A stretch of 64,000 nt of DNA from the human T2T-CHM13v2.0 reference genome, Homo sapiens. Location: NCBI RefSeq assembly GCF_009914755.1, contig NC_060947.1; one strand, given 5' to 3'. The translations under genes were made by a program, and so were the position numbers. Below, one piece after another: positions 1 through 15,070 of the stretch; position 1 is the first letter of the stretch; every line of letters starts with the position of its first letter. A model generated the notes under the pieces. It made no database searches and was not told where the DNA came from. It worked only from the letters and a program-made list of their open reading frames with translations.

Positions 1-1279
1 AACCAAAAGCCCACTTTAAAAATTGATGTATAATATTTTTGATTAGGAAATAAAATTGTCTACAGATTAAAAATCCTGATAATTTACTCTATAAACATTT
101 TCTTTTAGGGCTTGGGAGGGTATTCTCACCCATTGGTAAGTAGAAACTGAATAAAGCAAAAATTAAATAGCTCCTTTGGCATGGTTTGGAAAGGACTACA
201 TTAAGATTGCTGACAATTTATGCAGTCAGCTGAAAAAATCATCACCATGTTGGCTTCATGTATTGCAAAGATGTGCAGACACAAAGATTTTTCTTCATGA
301 AAGAACATATGTCCCCTGTTACAGTCACACTTGATGATTTGCTTCTGAAAGACAAGTAACGTGAGAAAAGTCAGAAAAGCTAATTGATAGTTGTAGAGGC
401 AATAATCTATTCACTCCCAATTGTATTTGGACATACTGTACTAGAGAGAGAGAACTCCCCCTGGGACATTTTGCTACATTTTTAAAAAGTCAACAACATT
501 CTACATTCTACCAGTATTTGTCACCCCTGCAAAACAGGGGCCAGCTTATTTTAACCATAGTTTGTTATGTTAATTCATTTAATGAAAAAGCATCCACCAT
601 TTCAAATTGCAGATAATCAAATCCCTTGTATTTAGTGACTGACCTCATCCCTAGTAGAGCATATCAATATATCCAAGGAATAGAAAGTGTTCTTGCCTGC
701 AAGAGGTGGCATCATGAAGTATTGCCTATGAATTGTCAACATTATCAGATTTAAAACTCAATAATAATTGAAATTTTCTACAATTGAAAAACAGCTTTGG
801 TTTTTGCTACCCCCAGGAAACAAAAACTCATTTATTGCTGGCCAGAAGTCCCACCTCGCCAGAAACATGGTCCAGACAGAAATGATTAATGTTCTCCTCC
901 AAATTAATTTCAAGCTGTCTAACTTAGCTATTTCCATTTTCCCCTAAGTAAACACCAGATCTCTACAAACAGCAGTAACCCAGTCTTGCTTTAGGATGTG
1001 CTGTTTCCTCTCCAGTCTATACATGCCATCCTTTAACTTCACACATATTTCTTCCTCTATAAAGGACACAGCCTTTTGGTAGTCACTAACTCAGTATAAA
1101 AAAGAAACAGTATTGAGAGCAAGAGAGAGATTGCCTTGAGCCATTTGATTGTAATAATTGTAACACATGCACACATGAGGTAAGAACTATCACTGTAGAA
1201 TGAATCGAATTCAGGCTTGCCCAGAGAGATCTCTTAAATAAATAGGGGGGTGACTGCATAGAACAATAGGTAGAAATGA

Positions 1280-1564
<285 letters not shown>

Positions 1565-4500
1565 TAAAGACATAAAAAAGATGAGACCTTGATCTTGAGA
1601 GAAGACATACTAAAAGGAATAGGACCAGATTATGTAGAATCTCAGAGTATGCAAAGAGGATAAGTATAGCCATTTCTATAAATCATCCAAACCTAGAAAT
1701 CTAAAAGTTGGAGGTCATTTCTTGAAGCTTGAAAAAAAAAGAGATAAATTTAGGGCAAATGAATTTTTGGTTATGCACTATACTATGGCTAGTAAATGAA
1801 ACTTAGTACTCTCAAAAGTTACAGATTGAATATATAAATAGCTTCAAAAAATTCAAAGCTTTCAAACATATGACATTCTTTAGGGAGATTAGAATATTTT
1901 ATAAGATGTTCCTAACTTCAAGATAGACATTACAAAGGACAGCATCCTCTGGCTCATCAGACAAATGATTAGCCTAGACAGGCTGTGGAACTTAGCCAGT
2001 GTGATAGTATTTCTGTTGTCAAAAAGAACACTCATGCTATTCTACAGGATGAAATGCAGGAACATGATACATTTCTAGGTCTACTTAAGAAGCTTTTGCC
2101 TAATGCTGCAAAGAAAAAGCCTAAAGAAAAGTAAAAGGAATCAATGGATAGACAGTCAAATAGGTCACTTGTTTTTAGTATTTGCTGGGTAGGAGATCAT
2201 TTAAGGCTTCAAGCAATGTCCTTTGAACAGATTTCATTATTTATACCAGAAGTAGCATCACCCATTCATTGCAGTTTTCCAAGCAAGAGCTCTGTCCTGA
2301 ATATTTTGCTTTATGCTACATGTGCCTGCATGTATTAAAATGAGCTTTCAAGAGTACAAGAATCTCTTATTTCTACTTATTTAGTTATCCTGATGTTTGG
2401 GACATCCAAATCAACAAAGAGATGGGCAAAGATAAGATAATTCTGTGTGCAACCCAGCAAGGAAGAACTTGTAACGGCCTCATAACATACATCATTTTGT
2501 GTAGCTGGCTCTCTTATTGATGCCTTAAATTTGCCAAGTTGGAAGCATTCAATCAAAAGGGGTTAGTAGCCCTTGTGTCTCTCTTCAAGAAAGAGATATG
2601 ACTCATTTTCCCATCATGCAGATTTTTATGTCATTATGTCAGTTCCTTAACAAATGCCCTAAGTGTAGTTTTATGGAGGTAGCACTGTACAATTTTGAAG
2701 AGCAGTTAATTAAATTCAACCTTCATAGCAGTTACAAGATTTGTATTGTCAGGTGAAACATAATGATGAGTGAAATATAAAACTCCCTCAGAGTGAATCA
2801 AAAGGAGTTTCCATCAACAAAACCTCAAGGGGCAAGAGCCAGCATCTCCAATTGACTCCCTATTCATGACACAAATAACTACCTTCCCAAATAGAAAACT
2901 GGCTATCAGAATGAAGGATAAGATACCAATTGGGCTAGGAAAAAAAAATAGATTGATCATACTACTGCACAGAAAAGTTTCTGCATGTCTACCTCACTGA
3001 TAAAGCTCAAGTTATAAGCCAGGTAACCTTCCTCCCCAGGCCCTAATGACCAGACACTCAACCAAAACAATACATTACCTTTCTATAGGACAATCTCTAT
3101 TGCTCCAGAGAGGCTGGAAGGCATCTATTTTTTCCAAAAGTAGACAGTGCCTCAGTAAAACTGCTCTACTCAGAGGGACTGTAAGGGAGGCTAGTCTGAA
3201 GTACTAAATGTTTTACTACATTAAAAGAAATCCCATTTTATTTGAATTAATTAAAATTGAGACTGCATAATGTAAAGCATCCCTCATTGTGACTAGCACA
3301 TAGTTGTTTCTCAATAAATTATTCTCTTCCTTCAAAAGAAATCTGGCAAACAAAATCATTGCCTGGCAGAGGCTCCTAAGGGGCCTGTTTTAATGAATAA
3401 ATAAGCACAACATTCATTCAGTAAATATTTATTGAGCACCCATGACTATGTATCAGGCTCCATATTAGTATGCAAGCAAGAAATAAGATGAGGAGTGCAC
3501 ACATTTAAATTGTTAATATGTAAACAAATGCTTTAAAATATCTTAAAGCCACTTGCAAATTGGGTAATCATTCTCCTCACAATCTGCAAATAATGCAAAG
3601 ATCAGCCCAGCACAGTCTACTGACATATCTGTCACAGATTCTAAGTCTTTGAGACTTGTTCAATCAACATTTATTAAGGATCTGCTCTATCCCAGGCACA
3701 ACATTAGTTGCTGAGAACAGAGGTAAAAAAATGTCTCTCATCTCGAGATGCTCCTAATCCAGTAGGAAAGTTAGAAACACATAGATTATAAAAATGTTAT
3801 GTCTAAGTCTTGCACAGGATGCTATGAATTAAAGAAGGGATCCCAGATGGGATGCGGGGAAACTGTCACTAACATTCAATACTGGACCACATCCTTAAAA
3901 ATAGATTTCTCTGAGTGGTAGTCCAATTCTACTTCTGGTCACCAAACGTTCAAATCATGCGTCTGGAATCTGTTGGACTATGCCTTGACTATTCTCCAGT
4001 TCATATATCATATTCAGATAGGTTGGGTCTTTAGAAATAGACAACTCTTAATGAGACTTAAAGCCCTAGCTATTTTCACTAATGAAGGCTTTCCTTAATA
4101 AGTTCCTATTGCCCTTGTCTCTGCCCTGTCTAACTCTTCTATCAGAATTCAGTGCTCAAAATAGAGTATAAAGAGCCCTTCATGCTCACATTATGTATCA
4201 GTCTCATCCCACTGGATAAGTAATTTCTATCTCAACAAAGGTCTTTTCTCTAACTAGAAGTGTGATGCCACCTTCTCTGCAAGCCTAAGCTAACAATAGT
4301 GCTTAGGTTTGTTGGATCAGTTGGACAATCATCTTGTTTTCAGTTCATCAGATTGGAGCATTTTCCTTTCAACAGGAATTCCACAGTCTCCTACTGGTGG
4401 TGAACAAGCCCCTTTCCCTTTAAAAAATGTTCCCTAATATTTGACAACATTTTTCTTTCTGCAACACAAACCCACTGCCACCTCTGACTTGTTTGACAGC

Positions 4501-5039
4501 TTGTCATTTTCCATAAGTGATGAAAAACAATTCCATTCTTTCATACTAGGAAAATGAGATATATTCTTTCTCTTTGAAGCAAAGTCTTTGACCTTTACTT
4601 GCCAGATGAGTAATGCAAGTGGTTAGCAACAATTATTTATATTTGTAGAGGGTATTTCATCCAGTGTCCCTGCACTGTAAAATAGGTAAAGAATCTATCT
4701 ACCCTGAAGAGATGGCCTCTTGCTAATTCATAATACTGAGCCCAGGCCCAGGAAAAATTGTTCCATACATGAAATCGGCATTTGGCATCCCAAACAAGTG
4801 TTCTGGCTTCCAGTACTTCTACATTTCTTGTCTAGTGCTCCATACTCCTGACCCCTTAGGCTTAATAAATTTCATCAGTCTTTGGATTATCCCTCCATGG
4901 CTTAGCTCTCTTGTCTGTTACCTGTCTGTAGCTGAGTGTGGGTTAAATAAGAGGGAAAGCTCATCCCTGTCACTGTAGTAGCTGGCAAATGTGTAAACCT
5001 CTCAAGAAACAGAACTAAATCCATTTTGGTTAATAATAA

Positions 5040-5300
5040 TTAATATAGCTAGCATGTATTCTGATGCTTAATAGATGCCACATACTGTTCTAAACATTAC
5101 GTTTATATGTGTGTGTGTATATATATATATATATCTTCTCTAATCTTCCCAATAACTCTGAAAGATAGATACTACTAGGATTTTCAATCTTACAGATTAA
5201 GACACTGGGGTAAAAAAGCATTAAGAACATGCCGAAGGTCATTCAATTAATAATTGAAGCTACGATATGAGTCCAGGTGTAACAGTGCCCATGCTGCTGA
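5040..5300 (-). mobile_element. MIR fragment containing a (TG)n(TA)n microsatellite (5104-5134)
   Basis: MIR-like motifs (tttcaatcttacagattaagacactgggg...ttaagaacatgccgaaggtc). Boundaries approximate. Confidence 0.55.
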
Positions 5301-5693
5301 AACCAGATTATGTTCAGATATGGGAAATATTAAGATAAGACACAGCCATGGCCCCCAAGGAACTCAGTTTAGAATACATTACCCTAGTTAAGGGGGTAGC
5401 CTGCAGAGTATTTTTAGGAAGGGGCTAGTGGAAATTTCAGGTCCTTGAAAAAGTGGCGGTAGAGCCCTCATTATATTATATAAGTAACAGCATCTTACAC
5501 CTACTCAATGCTTCAAAACTAAAAGGCATGCCAAGAAAATACTGTGGAGGAAATGAAGATCTTGTATAGACTCGATCTGGTGGATAGAGCTCAATGACTT
5601 GCAATAATAATTCTTCAAGATTCCAAGATCTGTCAGCAGACCTCATCCCAGAGACTTAGAAGGCAATAATGCCGTGCTATTTTTAAATTTTAA

Positions 5694-5885
<192 letters not shown>

Positions 5886-6129
5886 TAAGTATTATTATTT
5901 TACAAAATATCAGTAAGGATGAGTGGGAGATGGGAACCTCCAGGATGAAGGAATAGCACACCTATGTGTCAGTGTTGGGGGTCCTGGTGGGAATTACAAG
6001 ACCCGGGGAGACAGGATGTCAATCCTTATAGAGCTCAAGAAAGTTTTGTTCCACAACAGCACTTCAATTTCATGCAGTACTTTTCTGAGGGAAAAATAGG
6101 CATCCAGGTCAAATGTCTTCTCTTTCTAG

Positions 6130-6255
<126 letters not shown>

Positions 6256-6554
6256 TAGGTGGGCTTTCTGTCCAGCAAGACTTCTGTTTTCTGAAAAGTA
6301 TTTTTCCACCAGTAGAAAAGACCTCAAGTTCAAACAGTAAAAACTTCCAACAGGGAAGCTCAGGAAACTCTCAAAGTATCTTGCCATGATGATGAACAGA
6401 ATGTCATTTAACAAAAAGAGAGAAAGAAAAAGAATAGGAATTTAGAACAGTTTTAGATTATCATTTTCCTCTTTCTCCCCGCCTCCATGCCCGCCCGCAT
6501 AGGACTGATGCTTCATCTGGACTTGAAACCTAATTCTTCATTGTGGGGGAAGCA

Positions 6555-6785
6555 GCATTGTGTGGAGGAGAGAGTACATTAGGATTCTAAAATTAGGTCT
6601 ACCACTAACCTGTAAAACTGTGCAAGTCACAACTTCTCTGAGCCTCAGGTTGTTGTTTCTTCATTTATGAAAGGGGTATAATAATAATCACCTACCCATG
6701 TCATAAGCCCGTTTCAAGGCACAGTTCACTACACGAAGAAGTTTTCTGCAAAACTCAAAGCACTTAAAATGTGAGATGGTATTCT
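6555..6785 (+). mobile_element. MIR
   Basis: MIR core gcaagtcacaacttctctgagcctcag...tcatttatgaaaggggtataataataatcacctacc. Confidence 0.65.
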
Positions 6786-7238
6786 CATTTAGTTTTAAAA
6801 CACTTTTCTAGAAGCTGGTTTGTTTTTACTGAATGAAGTACAAACCTGGGTTAAAAACAAATACATCTCTAGGTGTGAAAGTATGACTAACTGAATGGAG
6901 ACTAGGCTGAAGTTTGCCTTTCATCTAAGCATACATATCAAATACTCCCTTTGTCTTAAGTACTATACTAGGCCCTGGAGATATAAAAATGTAAATGCCG
7001 CGGACGCTGACCTCACAGGGATCACAATGCTTCCCCAGGGCTTTGCCTCAACTACCTGCAATTCCTACATAATAAATCTTGAGAAATGAAAGGCACTTCA
7101 CCATCATGTAACTAAGTCTGCCAAATTTGATGAAATCAAAGACTTGATAGGTGAAAACTGGGCCATCTTTCAAACTCTCAAAAAGAACTGAAATCCTTCT
7201 CTGCTTCCTTAAATTACCAGTTAAGGACTCCCCCTACC

Positions 7239-7257
7239 AAAAAAAAAAAAAAAAAAA
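7239..7257. repeat. Poly(A)19 tract
   Basis: Counted directly. Confidence 0.9.
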
Positions 7258-7426
7258 GTGACCCAATGAATACTCAATTAAAGCTCTTCTGTTTACTAAG
7301 TAACAATTTAAAGGCCTTTTTCACATACCAAACCTCAATAGTCACAGAGGGGAAAAATTATTGCATTTATCTTCTCTTAGAAAAATGTATAGGAGTAATC
7401 CTTTTATCTTGCTTCTGGTCCCAAAG

Positions 7427-7633
7427 GAATCACCATATGTAATGTACAAGAAGAACCATGAGCAACTGGAAGGAAATGAACGATATGAAGGCTATTGTGT
7501 AGACCTAGCCTATGAAATAGCCAAACATGTAAGGATCAAATACAAATTGTCCATCGTTGGTGACGGGAAATATGGTGCAAGGGATCCAGAGACTAAAATA
7601 TGGAACGGCATGGTTGGGGAACTTGTCTATGGG
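7427..7633 (+). CDS. GRIA3: GRIA3 coding exon (probably exon 10), 207 nt, phase 0/0; ligand-binding S1
   Basis: Acceptor tcccaaag|GAA and donor GGG|gtgagt. Translates [69 protein letters not shown]. Confidence 0.97.
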
Positions 7634-7899
7634 GTGAGTTTTTTCCAATTCTGTTTTCATTTATTCTGTGCTTTCCAATTAACAAAGAAGAGAGAAGATT
7701 TAATTTTCAAGTGCAGTGTTTATCCAATTGTATAGTTTACATATAGTCTACAAGAAAAATATATTCTTCTACAGTTGCGCTCTGTAAAGGTAGGTTGTCA
7801 GTAGTATCCTTTGGACAACAGGATTATTTTACTAAAAGGAAAATAGAATTGGGGGATTTTATTTGGCAACATTAAGCACAGCCTGCCCTCTATTTAAAA

Positions 7900-8700
7900 T
7901 CTGTTCCTTCTGTGTTCTCTAGCTCAGGCAGCAGAATTACCACCCACATAGTTGCCTAAGCAACTTTGCCTAAGCAACCTCATCATCTTTCCTCATTGTT
8001 CCCCTCTTATCTAGTCAGTCACCATGTCCTATGAATTCTACTTTTAAGTCTCTCAAATCTAGACACACTCTTCACCCCCACCATCGTCACCTTAATTAGG
8101 GTTCTTAACATCTATCAGTCATTTAACTTGTTACCCTGCGTCTGTTCTTACCCTGGCAAATTAGATCTCCACATTACTGTAATTTCCCACTTTAACAATC
8201 AGGATGAAATTCAAATTCCTTCACATGGCAAATAAGGCACTTTATAATCTAGCACCCGCCTACCTCTCTAGCTTCATCCTGTACTCTTTCCCCCTCACAC
8301 CCAATGTTCCAGCTATAGAAAAGTAAGTGTTGTTCCCTGAAGGTGCTGAGCTCTCACTTAGTATAAGCCTGGAAGTACTTTTGTGTCTCTTCAGCAGCTA
8401 ATACCACCTACTAGTCCTCTGAAACACAGCAGTGATACTTGTTTCAGAAAACCTTCTCTATTCGCATCTACTTGCCTGCAGTCTGGGTTAGGTACCCCTG
8501 CTTTTTGCTTCCTTCCTTTCCATATTCATATAGTACTTCTAAGTCTGTATTGTAATGATCCATTTACAAGTTCCACTGTTCTACTAGACTATGAACTCCT
8601 CGAGGACAGAAGATGTAGCTGATTCATTTCAATATCACACAGTCTGAAACATAGACATTCAATAAATCCTTGCTGAATTAATGAATGAAAAATGAACAGA
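7900..8700 (+). mobile_element. L2 LINE 3' fragment
   Basis: Pyrimidine-rich L2 3' region ending in ctagactatgaactcctcgaggacag...caataaatccttgctgaattaatgaatga. Boundaries approximate. Confidence 0.65.
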
Positions 8701-9829
8701 ATGGCTCTGCCAGGGGCTTATCTATAGTCCAACTGCAAAAGAATTAATATGGGCAATTAGGGCTTTTAAGAAAGGTACAGTGATACCTTCAGAGCTCCTG
8801 GTTCACTTAGTATTAAATGGTTTTGGCCTCTGATTGTGAATGACAGATCTTGGGCAGCTTAATGAGGCACATGTAAATAAGCAGAACTGGACAGAAAAAC
8901 TGCCCATGCAGTAAACCGGTCACTAGAGAACTAACCCAAGTGCAGTGGGTGGTGGCAAAGGTTTAGTTCTAACAAACAAAGATTACCTGTAATAATAACT
9001 CTCTGTCTAGACAATATCTACACTAAGTAAGGGGAAGACAGAGGAATCTAGGAGGTAGAGATACTGAGAAGCCCCAGCTGGCAAGAAGCAAACAACCAGG
9101 TTATTTATTTATTGGACTGAGGTTCAGGAGAAGGACTCTAGTGCTTGGGATGGAAACCAGCAAGAATAAGGTATAGCTCTCCAATCATATGAGAGTACTG
9201 GGGTCACTAAATAAGTTCTTGGAACAGGCCTTTGGGAGGAACCACAAAGTCGGAAGCTCATTTCTAAAAATAAGGGCACAGAAAGGTAACAAAAGCAAAG
9301 CTGGACCCCAGATATAAAAACTGGAGCACCATCCTCTAGTCAGATGAACAGCAAGGCAACTTGAACCTCAGCCTCCATCTACGGGCCTGGAGCCATCATC
9401 TCCTGTCTTGGGTCAAGATCGGTCCTGGGAACTGAGGCAGGGCTAAGTGGCAGATGAGATTCAAGTGAATCCAGCAGTAAGAAAGAGAAGAATTTCCAAC
9501 ACCAGTGCAGAGAGGGCTGAACAAGGGTCAGAGCACCCAGTCATGATTTCTGAGGACCCTGAGAAGCTCTGAACCATCTTGACATGGCTCTAATCTTTTA
9601 CTTTCCAAGTTGTTGATAAGGTTTTCTTCTCTTTCCTGTTCCTCATCTCCCCAACACTTAGGCTTCAAGAGGTCTTGTCTTGCTTACAGCTCACCCTTGC
9701 TCTTGGCACATTACCTGATACATAGTAAATGCTCACTTTTTGCTTTAATGAATCAATGCCTGGCATACAGTAATGCCTAAGCCAGTATTCATTAAATTGA
9801 GTTCATGGTGGGATATAATCTTGTAATAT

Positions 9830-9890
9830 CATTACTATTTCTATTACTACTACTACTATTACCACTACTATTACTACTACTACTGCCATT
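9830..9890. repeat. Imperfect (CTA/TTA)n microsatellite
   Basis: attactatttctattactactactactatttaccactactattactactactact. Confidence 0.8.
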
Positions 9891-10525
9891 ATTAGCTACC
9901 ATTTGTTGCATATTTACTGGCTGCCAGATACTGTACTAAGTGCTTTTATATGTAATTTAATCCTCACAACACGCCTCTGGGGAAGGTGCCATTATTAAAC
10001 TCTTTCTACATGTGAGAAAATTGAAGCCTAGAGAGGTGAAGTCACATGCTAAAGACCAAACAGTTTACAGTGACTATCTTAGTTTGTTTGGACTGCTATA
10101 ATAAAACACCATAAACTGGGTCACTTATAAACAACAGGAATTTGTTTTTCACAGTTCTGGAGGCTGGGAAGTCCAAGATCAAGGGAGATTCATTGTCTCG
10201 TGAGGGCCACTTTCAGGCTCATAGATGGTACCTTCTTCCTGTGTTCTCACATGATGGAAAGGGTAAGGGGTCCCTCTTGGGCCTCTTTTATAAGGACACT
10301 ATAAGTTCCATTTATGAGGGCTTCACTCCCATGACCTAATCACCTCCCAAAGCCCCACTTCCTAATACCATCACCTTGGGGGTTAGGATTTCAACATATG
10401 ACTTGGTTGCGGGGGGGGGGGGGGACGTGGGGACACAAATATTCAAACTGTAACAGTGATACAATAACTTTAACCCAGATCTTTGACTCTGAAGTCCATG
10501 CTTTTTAACCATTACACTATCTGCC
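9890..10525 (-). mobile_element. MIR, interrupted by the MaLR LTR
   Basis: MIR motifs at 9890-10074 (gagaaaattgaagcctagagaggtgaagtcac) resume at 10456-10525 (tttaacccagatctttgactctgaagtccatgctttttaacc). Confidence 0.65.
10075..10455 (-). mobile_element. Solo MaLR LTR (MLT1A/B-like)
   Basis: Typical MLT1 motifs (tcacagttctggaggctgggaagtccaagatcaagg; atgacctaatcacctcccaaag). Near-identical 5-bp flanks gtgac / gtgat. Confidence 0.8.
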
Positions 10526-10571
10526 CAACAGCTAAAGTGTGGTTTCAGGCCCATCCCATTCTGAAAGATAG

Positions 10572-10985
<414 letters not shown>

Positions 10986-13900
10986 TAAGGTGTAAGTTTC
11001 TACTAGCCCAGGTTATCCGATGTGAGCTATACCATGAACTCTACCACCCCATCACAACTGAATGACCATATTTCTCCTGTCACTCTCTGTAAATAGATCA
11101 CTGCTCTCCTGGCATTGAGGAAGACATTACACACAGTGACATAGAGCAAGGCAGACTTATTGACATTGTTCAGACAAAGACCAATTTTCTCACTGGATTT
11201 GTTTTCTCCTCCAGCATGTTCCCTGTACTGCACTCATTTAATCTCCACATATCTCTTCCTCATTCCAATTTGTCTACTTGTGAGTGAGGGAGCTTGAGTA
11301 TTAGAGTCCCTCATTTGTTTAGCAACTTAGATGCCTTCTCTCCACTTCTGAATAGTAAAAGTGTTCCCATAGGAACCTTCCCATCTTTTCCCTTTAGTTC
11401 TTTCTACTAAAGACAAAAGCAATAGCCGGGGAGGCTCTTACAGAAATGTCCTCCTCCTTCCCCTGCCTAAAACAACTTTCTGATGCTTTCTGGGCTTATA
11501 ACAGGAGGTGATTCCAGAGAACTACAGCAAACCAACCCATCGGAGAAGACTGCCAAATTCCATTTTCCTCTAAAACCTGTGGCTATGAAAAATATACATT
11601 CTTATCATGCTTGGAGTAAAAGCTCTCTGTTAAAGAGGATGATCTCATGAGCTAAATGTGTCTTCATCTTCATTTAGAAGTTTTAGTCTTTTGGCATTGG
11701 GAAGTTTTCAACTTCTCTATCAATGACAGAAATGGAGAAAAATGAAAACACAGGCTTTCATTTCTGGCAGGCCTGGCCTCTTGTGGTTTGCAAGTTGCTT
11801 TAAAAAAAGAAGAGCAGAAAACCCCTAATGATTTCTCTAAGTTCTTAATGAGCAAAAAGATGGAGAACAGGGAAATATTTCTTGCAGTGAACATGAAACC
11901 TATACAGATAGGCACTGCTTTATCTTAAGGGTATTTCTCTTATGCTTTTAGTATGTAAAACAGAGCAGAGTGGAAAGAATGAAAAAAATCAGAGATGAAG
12001 AAAGCTCTGCAAGGGAGATTTCAGTGTCAGTCATAAAGTTTCAAGAAAGAATCAAAATGAATTAAATTTGCTAAAGAATAAGGAAGCCAATCAGCCTCTT
12101 TTCAGATGATTTATAAATAGGTTTTTTTCTAAGGAAATTCAAATCAGGTTGATGTTGGGGCACCTTGTATCTCTAAGAAGGCTATTTTTGAAACAAACCT
12201 CAGTAGGACACAATGTGCCCCATTATGTAAGCCCTTCAGAACATCATGGACTTGAAACTGTCCACCTGCTTTTAGCAGTTTTGATTTTGAGCTGGATGTC
12301 TGTAACACCACTACATGGTAACAGTCCCAGATCAAATGGCTTACAGACCACAAGTTTTTATGGCTTCCAAATACCATATGTTTTGAGGGCACTTAAAAAC
12401 AGCATTTTTTGCTAGCAGGGCTCTTAAACATCCTTAATCCTACCTTACCATTCATTTTTTACAAATGCATATGGGGACCAGCCAAGATCAGACACCAGAA
12501 CTGCCCCTCAGGTAATCAGGAATCCAAAGCCTGATAAAGGACACAGGTACAGCAGTGGCAGCAGGATTGGACAAAGTCACAAAATCCCACAACTTGGCAA
12601 CACAGGTTTTGTGACTCATGGTCTAGTGCTCTGTCCACTGGGTCACACTGGCTCAGTTCACTAAACTTGTGAGATTATGGAAATATTGGTGTTGTATCAA
12701 TCAGATACAGCATCCCCACCTGGCTCTAAGGGGCTTACAATCTAGTTGGATTATAAACTTTTCCATCTAAGATACTTATTTTGCTATTTTTCATCCAAGA
12801 TACTCATCCTGCTTATTTATGGCCTCCAGGATAATGTAATCCACATTTCTAGTTATCACTCGAAATATTTGAAAACCCAACATAGACAGCTGGGGGTTCT
12901 GCCCTTAGAGAGGAGATATGATCTAAGGGAAAAAGAGAGTCAGGAGAAAGGCTAAAAGGAAATTGAGGCCCCAATTAACAGAACACCTCCCAGTGGGCAA
13001 CTGCCATGTTCCTTATGTTCCTAGCAGTTACAACTAAGGATAAAGAAGAAGGGGGTTGCTTTGGGAAAGGCTTGACAAGCTGCTGCTTAAATTGCTTCTT
13101 CTGACTTAGAAGATAGCAGAGAGCCTGGGGGTAGTAATGGGGCTGCAGGGATGGTTGATTATAGGTCATATTCCCTGGGTGTCCCCAGACTCCTTCACGC
13201 TCCCAGGACACATGGCAACTTTACAGATACTATTTGCACTGACATTGCTCTGCCTAGAAGAAATTATCTCTTAGGTCGTCACTATCCTAAGCTGGATTCA
13301 TTTTCCATTAAGAAAGGCAGAGAGTCGATTTGTCCTTCCAGCTAAAAGGCAGAGAAGCAAGGGTCCAGTAACAGATGCCAGATATTCTTCAGGTGATTAT
13401 ACTGGGCTTTGGCAGAAGGGCTGATGATTTGATAAAAGTCCCCCCTCCTTCAAATGATGCATGTAACCTCCAGGAAGGAGCATTAAGGACACATGAAGTA
13501 TGCCATTCGAAGCAGAAAGAGTGGGGAAAATATTTCCAGCTAAACGTAGTCTCACAAGGCCTTCATCCAGCTACAGAGACACTTTTTTATCTTGATATTG
13601 TCTTTAACTCTCTCAGCTCCCCAAGGACAAGGAGCCCTAATCAATAGATCCAGTCGGGGATACCTGTTCTGGATAAAGAAATTAGGATATTCTGTTGTGA
13701 CACTGCTTGTTGTTGCACAGATTTAAATAAGCCTCATTCTTTTCTCCAGATCTTAACAATTGCAGACAGTAAACATCCCATAGAGTACTGCCAATAAATC
13801 AGTTTAAGTCTTGTCCCCCAGCACACAGCAATTATATTCCTATTGTCTAGCTTGATTCTGCCCCACTCCTGTTTTCAACACATATCAACTTTCCAAAGGA

Positions 13901-15070
13901 AATGTCTGCCAAAGGCAACTAGAGCCCTGTGGTTGATACAGGGACAAAGGGTCAGGTCATGTCTGCTTCTTCTCTTGGATAACATATAGTACATTATGAT
14001 TACACATCAATACATTGTCTACTTCCTCTCTCCTGTCCCCTTCCCTGCTTTCAGAAAGTGTTTTAAAATGGTGTCTGACAAGCTCCTGCTCATTCGTAGT
14101 CTCATGGTGGGTTACAAGTTTTGTATCAGATAATCAGATGAAAATTCTTAAAGATATAACAAGCTTGCAATCTCAAAGAGATTAAAATTACGTTTAAAGT
14201 CAGTGTCATCTCTGGCTAAAACCTGTCAGATTCTTAAGTGCATCAGCCCTACACATATGAGTTTGTTGGTTTTTAAGTTTTATAACATTTACAACTTTGG
14301 CAACCCACCTATGAAAAGGATTATAAATCCCCTCAAGCTAAATCCTCTCCAATAATGCAGTTGCTCCATGTTTGCAACTGGTGAGTGGAAAATTCAAACC
14401 TAATTCAGTGTGTTTACTGAGCCCACACAGCCACATTTAGGCTGCTTGATTAAAATCCTTTAAGTAGTCAAGATGCAAGCAAAAGTACTAGTAAACTCTT
14501 ACTCTGTGCTCTTTCCATTTGCTTGATTTTGTCTGTCAATTGGAGCACCCTCATACCACTACTACACACTTACCCACCTAGGTTTCTGAAAATAACTTGC
14601 CTACTGCTATTACCAGTGCAAGCAGAGGCTTGAGGACAACTGGCCACTGGAGTGATTCAGGACACCCCAAGAGAGGCACTTCATTGTTGAGTCAGAATTT
14701 CACCTACTCCCTAACCCCATCCATAATTCTTACCACTCTCTCTCCCAGCCTACAGCTGGCTTTCCTAAGAGCAGAGACTAGGAAAGGAATTCCATTTGAG
14801 GACTTACCTTTTTCAGTTTTTCATCAGTGTGGGCCTCCTCAATCTTTAAGTTGCCTTGAAAGTGACCTCTCCCTTTACCTTCTTGCTATGGCAATCCCAG
14901 GAGAGCTCAATGGTTATTTTTGGATGCTAGTTAGTTACAGGGTGGAGCATATAACTAACTAGTGTTCAAAATACCTACTGAGCTCTCTTGGGACTGCCAT
15001 AACATGATTGCCCCACATAAATTATGCCAAGCAGGTCCTATGCTCTGAAATAACCAATTATCACAACAAC

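Noticed and set aside
6476-6500. GC-box-like ccccgcctccatgcccgcccgc as an internal promoter
   Set aside because: Only about 25 nt, with no CpG island or other promoter evidence.
12575-12616. agtcacaaaa...ttttgtgact stem, and the 14-bp palindrome aaatgatatcattt at 58083-58096
   Set aside because: Short and AT-rich, within chance expectation.
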